Source: an uncultured Prevotellaceae bacterium (GTDB lineage Bacteria; Bacteroidota; Bacteroidia; Bacteroidales; Bacteroidaceae). From it: 64,000 nt of DNA. The stretch spans positions 25,883 through 89,882 of the forward strand of contig CAMHJQ010000003.1 in assembly GCA_946185485.1 (NCBI GenBank). Reading direction: 5' to 3'. Below, one piece after another: positions 58,157-64,000 of the stretch. The notes beneath the pieces were generated by a model. That model made no database searches. It saw only the letters and a list, made by a program, of their open reading frames with translations, and was not told the origin of the DNA. The position numbers were made by a program, and so were the translations under genes. The number at the start of each line of letters is the position of its first letter. Position 1 is the stretch's first letter.

Positions 58157-61100
58157 TCAGTTCAAGTTATCTTCATCGTCAGCCCACATGTTGCATTGAG
58201 CCATAACAGTCTCTAAAGCCTTCTCCTGTCCCTCAGGCGGGTACTTGTATTTCTTCAGAAGTCGCTTCACCATCACACGCATTTTTGCTCTTGAAGTTTC
58301 CTTCTTGTTCCAGTCGATGGTCTTGTTTTTATTCAGTTGCTCTGTCAGCTCCTTTGTCAGAGCCACAAACTCCTCGTCGGTATAAGCCTGGCGAACACCT
58401 TCAGGTGATGATAAGGCATCATAGAAAGCTTTCTCCTCTGCATTTAATCCTAATTCATTGCCTTTCTCTTCTGATTCCTTAATGGCCTGTGCCAGTGCCA
58501 ACAACTCTTCAATCACCTGTTCATTGGTCAACATTCCCTTCAGGTAATTAGAAAGGGCATCATTCATCATCTCAGAGAACTTTTTACTCTGTACCACATT
58601 GGTACGCTCATATTTCCTGATGCGTTCCTTCAGCAAATTCTCCAGCAACTGAGCAGCGAGATTCTTTTCCTTCATCTTCTTGATCTCAGCCACAAAAGAC
58701 TCGTCGAACAGTGAGAACTCTCGTTCCTTATTCTCGAAAAGGTTGATGACGCCTCCACTCTGAATACTCTGTTCCAATAATCGGGAAATGCGTTCGTTGA
58801 TGTCCTGTTTGCTAATCTTCCCTTTTTGTGAGAGTCTCACCAACATGACTCGAACAGCATCCATATATGCCGCCTCTATCTTATTCTCTTTACTCAGCAA
58901 CGAGCGACACAGGGTTTCCGCATTATGTAGCAGTTGACTTTCAACCTTAAAGTTTCTCAGTTGTAGTTCATTCCTTGGTGACAGCAGAAAGTTTACACCA
59001 CCCGTGATAACTTCTGCCCTTTCAGGATTTGTGCCATCAAAGAATTTCTGGTAGTCATACCCATGAAGCAAATCACGACAAATCTCCAGTTTCTCTTGGA
59101 ATTTCTTCCAGGCAGTCTTGCTGATGTCAGGGTCTCCAAAACGCAACTTATCTCTGCTGGTATAGTCCTGCATAGCTTGTTTCAATGCTTGAGCTATGCC
59201 CACATAGTCAACTATCAAGCCACCCTCTTTCTCTGGGAACACTCTATTTACTCGAGCAATGGCTTGCATCAGGTTATGCCCCTTCATAGGTTTATAGACA
59301 TACATAGTTGCAAGTGATGGTACATCAAAGCCTGTCAGCCACATATCTACGACGATAGCAATCTTCATCGGGCTATTGTCATCCTTGAACAAAGCAGCAA
59401 ACTCACTGTTCGTCCAATAGCTCTTTCCGTCATCCTTCTTGGGTCTAAGCACGTCGCTCCATTCTGGATTATCCGTATTACTGCTGCTTACCACAACTCG
59501 TACTTTTTCCTTCCATGTAGGCCTGAGCTGCATCATACGCCTGTATATCTTGACTGCAGCCTCTTTGTTGTAGGCAACTATCATGGCCTTTCCTGTCAAC
59601 TCATACTGGCGATTCTCCTCATAGTGTTTAAGGATGTCATCACACAAGCTACGAATGGTATTCTCATTACACAATATCGCTCCCAGTCCGCTATGATCTT
59701 GACGAGCCTTGTTTATCTGTTCGTCAGTAGCACCCTCTTCAGCCAGTTCGTCAAACTCCTTGTCGAGTTTACTCATGGCGTCCTCGTCCAAGTTGAGGTT
59801 CATCACTCTGCTCTCATAATAGACTGGTCTGGTGGCTCCGTCAGCTACTGCCTGTGTCATGTCATACACGTCGATATAGTCACCAAAAACCTCTTTGGTG
59901 TCTCTATCCCTTTCTGCAATAGGAGTTCCTGTAAAGCCTACAAAGATTGCATTAGGCAATGCTTCGCGCAATAACAGAGCAAAGCCTTTTTTCATCTTCT
60001 GGTCCTTTACGTCCCAATGCTCTTCACCATATTGTGAACGATGGGCTTCGTCAGTAATAACCAGTATGTTTTTTCTGTCACTCAGCAACCCCGTATCTTT
60101 GTCAAACTTCTGAATGGTAGTGAAGATGATTCCATTCGTCTCAATATCCTTCAACTTGTTTTTCAAGTCAGTACGACCACCATCGCTGACGACTGTTAAA
60201 CTACCTTTTTCGCTCATGTTGTAGCCCACCCATTGAGGCTCTTGCATCAAAAACTTGGTACATCCTGCAAATTGGGCATATAGCTGATGGTCAAGGTCAT
60301 TTCTATCTGTAACGACAACAACTGTCATCCCCGGAGCTAAAGTATGTAATTTATGAACGAAAAACACCATCGAAAGTGATTTTCCTGAGCCTTGTGTATG
60401 CCAGAACACGCCACCTTTTCCGTCTTCGCGTTGATAGGCATTGTTCACACTATTGATGGCTCTGTTCACGGCATAGTATTGGTGATAGGCACTCATTATC
60501 TTAGCCGTCCTTCCGTCTTTATGGTCAAAACAAAGGAAGTTTTGCAGAATATCAATGAACCTTGTCTTATCAAAGATTCCTTCAAAGAAAGTTCTAAAGT
60601 CTGCAACAGCTGTCGTTATATAGTCACCATCCTTTGATTTCCACTCCATATAGCGGTCTTCCGGAGCTGTAATCGTTCCTGCCTTGCTTGTCACCATGTC
60701 GCTTATCACGTTGAAGGCGTTATATACAAACAGCGACGGACATTTCTCCTGATAATGCTTTATCTGCTTAAATGCGTCACTCTCGTCTGTCTCACCACGT
60801 GAAGGCGATTTCAGTTCTATCACCACCAAAGGCAGTCCGTTGACCAGCACCACCAAGTCGCATCTGATATTTTCGTGCTCTTCCATCCTGTATTGGTTGA
60901 CCACCTGAAAATCGTTTCTTTCAGGATGTCTTGCATCTATCAATTTTACCAGACTGGTGTGTTCCCTGCCATCCTCACGATACGACACGGGAACACCGTT
61001 CTGAAGATATTGCATGAAGACCTCGTTGCGTTGCGCCAAAGTACCATCATTGATGGACGTGAGTTTTCTAAGAGCCTCCTGTAAAATATTCTCGTCGAAC

Positions 61101-61294
61101 TTGTCATGAGGTATGGTAGTCCTGCTGATTGTTTCGTTTATTTGTCGGATGGCCTTTTCCATCTCTATCCTGTTATATGGCTCAGTATAATCACGTTCTA
61201 ATTCCGAACCTTGCTGATAACTGTAGCCCATCCCCTGAAACATTTGTATCAAGGTCTGTTCGTAGTCGTTTTCGGTGTATCGTTCGTTAGCCAT
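58157..61294 (-). CDS. hsdR: Type I restriction endonuclease subunit R
   Basis: CDLVVLVNGLPLVVIELK, HTQGSGKS, DEAHRSQ, GFTGTP, MWLTGFD and QAIARVNR motifs. Confidence 0.97.
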   Translation of the reverse strand: MANERYTENDYEQTLIQMFQGMGYSYQQGSELERDYTEPYNRIEMEKAIRQINETISRTTIPHDKFDENILQEALRKLTSINDGTLAQRNEVFMQYLQNGVPVSYREDGREHTSLVKLIDARHPERNDFQVVNQYRMEEHENIRCDLVVLVNGLPLVVIELKSPSRGETDESDAFKQIKHYQEKCPSLFVYNAFNVISDMVTSKAGTITAPEDRYMEWKSKDGDYITTAVADFRTFFEGIFDKTRFIDILQNFLCFDHKDGRTAKIMSAYHQYYAVNRAINSVNNAYQREDGKGGVFWHTQGSGKSLSMVFFVHKLHTLAPGMTVVVVTDRNDLDHQLYAQFAGCTKFLMQEPQWVGYNMSEKGSLTVVSDGGRTDLKNKLKDIETNGIIFTTIQKFDKDTGLLSDRKNILVITDEAHRSQYGEEHWDVKDQKMKKGFALLLREALPNAIFVGFTGTPIAERDRDTKEVFGDYIDVYDMTQAVADGATRPVYYESRVMNLNLDEDAMSKLDKEFDELAEEGATDEQINKARQDHSGLGAILCNENTIRSLCDDILKHYEENRQYELTGKAMIVAYNKEAAVKIYRRMMQLRPTWKEKVRVVVSSSNTDNPEWSDVLRPKKDDGKSYWTNSEFAALFKDDNSPMKIAIVVDMWLTGFDVPSLATMYVYKPMKGHNLMQAIARVNRVFPEKEGGLIVDYVGIAQALKQAMQDYTSRDKLRFGDPDISKTAWKKFQEKLEICRDLLHGYDYQKFFDGTNPERAEVITGGVNFLLSPRNELQLRNFKVESQLLHNAETLCRSLLSKENKIEAAYMDAVRVMLVRLSQKGKISKQDINERISRLLEQSIQSGGVINLFENKEREFSLFDESFVAEIKKMKEKNLAAQLLENLLKERIRKYERTNVVQSKKFSEMMNDALSNYLKGMLTNEQVIEELLALAQAIKESEEKGNELGLNAEEKAFYDALSSPEGVRQAYTDEEFVALTKELTEQLNKNKTIDWNKKETSRAKMRVMVKRLLKKYKYPPEGQEKALETVMAQCNMWADDEDNLN

Positions 61295-61321
61295 TGGTTT
61301 TCTTGTTCTGTACTATGTAAA

Positions 61322-62623
61322 CTATCTTATTCCCTTCTCTAACATCTCGTTAACCAAGTCCATATTTGTGACTTTCAACTCTCCCGACATCAACTTGGGA
61401 AGGAGTGTGTCGCGAATCTCTGCAAGGCGACGGGATTCTTGATCACTTAATAATCTTCTTTCAAAGTAATATGAACAGAGATTATCAAAACTCTTCACTA
61501 TATATTCATCTGTTGGGAATGGTAATCTAAATGATTGAATATCACTTTGGTTGAAACCTGCTTGAACAGCTCGATTTCCTTTATTATTGATGCCTTCGTA
61601 AAACTCTCTCGTGTTCAAAAAACAACGTAGATATTCACGATAATATTCCTTCAAAGGCGAAACCTTTGCTAATGCGACATTATATGCTCCTTTTAATCCA
61701 TAACAGATTCTTCCCAAAGAAGCACCATATCTTGCAATCATTATATCTTTTACATCACATAATTTATTCCTCTTTGATACAGGTATATATGTAATATGAC
61801 CATCTGACGCATAATCTCGGATTTGAATGAATCTTATGTATCCTTCTTTATATTCCTCAATAAATTCTGATGCTGGTGGTTGGCTTCCTCCGTTATAGCT
61901 CATTAAATTTCCAAGCGAAACAACTCTCCACCCTTTAGGAATCATTCCCAATTCTGACTCCACAAACTCTCCATTTTTGAAGGGCTCAAAATCTACAAAC
62001 CAAGACTTAAACAAAGCCTGTGCCTGCTGCTCCAAATTGACATTTATCCGCCTGTTCACCTCGATTTTGTCATCGAGGGATTTGAGGATGGCTGCTATAC
62101 TTATTTGTTCATCAAGAGGTGGTACTGGAATTTGTAAATCTCTAAAGTTCGTTTTATTAAACTTGGGCTGGGCACTACCTGTTACAATAGATTGTAACAT
62201 ATGTTGACCCCAACGACTCTTTAACCAATAATAATAAAAGTCATTGTTGCCGTTGAACTTTACCATTATTGAGTTAGGAGCGAGACTCATCTTGCATTCC
62301 AAATGAGGACATCTGAATACGGTTCCTACATTTGCGCCTACGTTTGAGATAATAATTTCATCACCATATAATTTACTCTTACCTAAAAACTCATAAGCAT
62401 TTTTGTCAATATAAACGAAATCGCCCTTGAACTGATTATTATAATCAACCAGTCTGATTAAAACAGCATAATCTTTTTCAGATTTGTATTTAACGTTCTC
62501 AGCCAATGAAGCAAAACTTCCATTAGCGACATAATCTGTCACTACATCCGTTTCTTCCTTAATCGAAGATATCTTCCAGTGGGTGGGAATGATGCCCCAT
62601 GGTGATGCTTTATATTCTTCCAT
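61322..62623 (-). CDS. hsdS: Type I R-M specificity subunit S
   Basis: Two TRDs; PPLDEQ..IAAILKSLDDKIE, ELGMIPKGW and RDTLLPKLMSGE motifs. Confidence 0.95.
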   Translation of the reverse strand: MEEYKASPWGIIPTHWKISSIKEETDVVTDYVANGSFASLAENVKYKSEKDYAVLIRLVDYNNQFKGDFVYIDKNAYEFLGKSKLYGDEIIISNVGANVGTVFRCPHLECKMSLAPNSIMVKFNGNNDFYYYWLKSRWGQHMLQSIVTGSAQPKFNKTNFRDLQIPVPPLDEQISIAAILKSLDDKIEVNRRINVNLEQQAQALFKSWFVDFEPFKNGEFVESELGMIPKGWRVVSLGNLMSYNGGSQPPASEFIEEYKEGYIRFIQIRDYASDGHITYIPVSKRNKLCDVKDIMIARYGASLGRICYGLKGAYNVALAKVSPLKEYYREYLRCFLNTREFYEGINNKGNRAVQAGFNQSDIQSFRLPFPTDEYIVKSFDNLCSYYFERRLLSDQESRRLAEIRDTLLPKLMSGELKVTNMDLVNEMLEKGIR

Positions 62624-62633
62624 AAATGAGAAT

Positions 62634-63254
62634 TTATCTATTTAATATTCCTAGTAAACCAATAATAATAGCCACAGCGATAGAAAACCACGTGGCAAAT
62701 TGCTGTTTGGAAAATCGCCTTTGCTCTTCCGTTTTAAAATTGTGCATGACTAAATCTTTCAGTTCTTCACTGACTGTAAAGTAAGAATTAAGTATTTTTT
62801 CTAAAGCCACATATTCATCTGAGCAAGTAAAAATCCAATGTGTTTGTTCACCAGTAGATGAAACCAATTCGCCCCAATTCTCACTCTTAAAAACAACATA
62901 TTCTTTCCCGTCATTTATTCTAATCAAGCCTGGTCTATTACCATATTCTGATTTCATTTTGCCTACTACAAGAACATGTGAAGACTGAAAGGGTATTATT
63001 ACAATTAGACGATTTTTAATAAGACTTTCAATAAGAGATATTAACTCAGTGACATAACCTAATGCATCCTTTTCGTCTTCAGAATATCTGTCTTTACTCA
63101 GAAAAATGAAATTTGGATGTTTATTTGGAACAATGGCGATTCCTCTTTTCTCTAACAGTTTACTCTTGTTGAGTACTTCTGCCAAAGATTTCACTTCACC
63201 ATCATATTTAACAATGGCTTTTAGTATCTCTTTTTCTGTCTTTTTGTATTCCAT
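62634..63254 (-). CDS. Hypothetical tail-anchored membrane protein between hsdM and hsdS
   Basis: ATG overlaps the hsdM stop (TGATG); single C-terminal hydrophobic helix. Confidence 0.75.
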   Translation of the reverse strand: MEYKKTEKEILKAIVKYDGEVKSLAEVLNKSKLLEKRGIAIVPNKHPNFIFLSKDRYSEDEKDALGYVTELISLIESLIKNRLIVIIPFQSSHVLVVGKMKSEYGNRPGLIRINDGKEYVVFKSENWGELVSSTGEQTHWIFTCSDEYVALEKILNSYFTVSEELKDLVMHNFKTEEQRRFSKQQFATWFSIAVAIIIGLLGILNR

Positions 63255-64000
63255 CAAATTCCAAACCCAATACTACTTAACTGCTTTTTAATCTCATCCT
63301 CTAAGCGATGACTTTCTTTGAAAAGTTCGCTCAGTTCTGAGGTCAGACGATCCATCTTGTCTGCAAATGGTTCGCCATCTTCTTCCTGCTCTGCTATGCC
63401 AACATAGCGGCCTGGAGTCAGAATAAACTCTTGGGCCTGAATGTCTTGTAAGGTTTTTATTGCACAGAAACCCTTTTCATCCTCCAGTGTGCCATTACGA
63501 TACTGCTCAAAGGTGTCAGCAATCTTTGTGATGTCATCCTGCATCAGTTCACGGACAGCACGAGTTACCATTGTACCCATATTTCTGGCATCAATAAACA
63601 ACACCTTCCCTTTCTGTCGTTTTTGGCGAGAGAGGAACCACAGTGATACAGGAATACCGGTACTATAGAACAGCTGAGAAGGAAGCGCAACAATGCCTTC
63701 TACCAAATCCGCCTCTACTATCTTCTGACGGATTACTCCTTCACCACCACTTTGTGACGATAAGGCTCCATTAGCCAATACCAAACCAATACGACCAGTA
63801 GGTGAAAGGTGATGAATCATGTGTTGCATCCATGCAAAGTTGGCATTGCTAGATGGTGGAATTCCAAACATCCAGCGCTTGTCATTTTGCAGTTTATCGG
63901 CCCCCCAGTCTTTCAAGTTGAATGGGGGATTGGCCATGATGTAATCGGCCTTTAGTGTGGGATGCTGATCGTCCATGAAGGTGTCAGCAGCAGCTTGTCC
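63254..64000 (-). CDS. hsdM: Type I R-M N6-adenine methyltransferase subunit M (5' part outside the window)
   Basis: MANPPFN, NANFAW.QH, LFYSTGIP, LFIDAR and LTPGRYVG motifs. Confidence 0.96.
   Translation of the reverse strand, partial: GQAAADTFMDDQHPTLKADYIMANPPFNLKDWGADKLQNDKRWMFGIPPSSNANFAWMQHMIHHLSPTGRIGLVLANGALSSQSGGEGVIRQKIVEADLVEGIVALPSQLFYSTGIPVSLWFLSRQKRQKGKVLFIDARNMGTMVTRAVRELMQDDITKIADTFEQYRNGTLEDEKGFCAIKTLQDIQAQEFILTPGRYVGIAEQEEDGEPFADKMDRLTSELSELFKESHRLEDEIKKQLSSIGFGI

Larger units (their letters stand above)
49921..64000 (-). mobile_element. Accessory island: primase-helicase/SSB/peptidoglycan-hydrolase module plus type I R-M; right end outside the window
   Basis: Co-oriented phage/plasmid-type replication genes, many unknown ORFs and AT-rich defence genes. 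No integrase or att site is visible, so the boundaries are approximate. Confidence 0.65.

Noticed and set aside
61322..62623. Phase-variable hsdS shufflon
   Set aside because: Only one hsdS is in view, with no silent TRDs, recombinase or inverted repeats; upstream of hsdM cannot be seen.

Overview
Bacteroidota (Prevotella-like) chromosomal window, judged from gene content and recurrent TAnnTTTG (-7) promoter boxes. 1-11 kb is housekeeping and envelope: secA (partial), a PafA-like protein, DUF4105/Lnb, an outer-membrane barrel, lptC, a CorC/HlyC protein and ppiD. 10.8-28.6 kb is an exopolysaccharide locus: receiver protein, priming transferase, TolC-like protein, Wzc, Wzy, three GT2, Wzx, acyltransferase-3, SGNH, GT11 and three GT4. 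28.8-49.8 kb is core: xylB, valS, mazG, rnz, L,D-transpeptidase, ECF sigma cluster, nth, riboflavin synthase, a probable 6S RNA, gyrA, a TPR protein and an orphan susC/susD pair. From about 49.9 kb to the end is an accessory, all-minus-strand island. It holds a degenerate amidase, a VirE_N/BT4734-like primase-helicase, an M15A peptidase, an SSB-like OB-fold protein and small unknown ORFs, followed by a type I R-M operon with two extra genes. The most unusual signals are non-coding or degenerate: hierarchical TTTAGAG / GGGCTTTAGCCC / (GTTGTCnnn)3 repeat modules between the island genes, the same GTTGTC motif as an in-frame palindrome inside the primase gene, a 3+3 inverted 22-bp array at 4.94-5.06 kb, and several apparent pseudo-enzymes. 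All calls come from reading motifs by eye; no database search was run.
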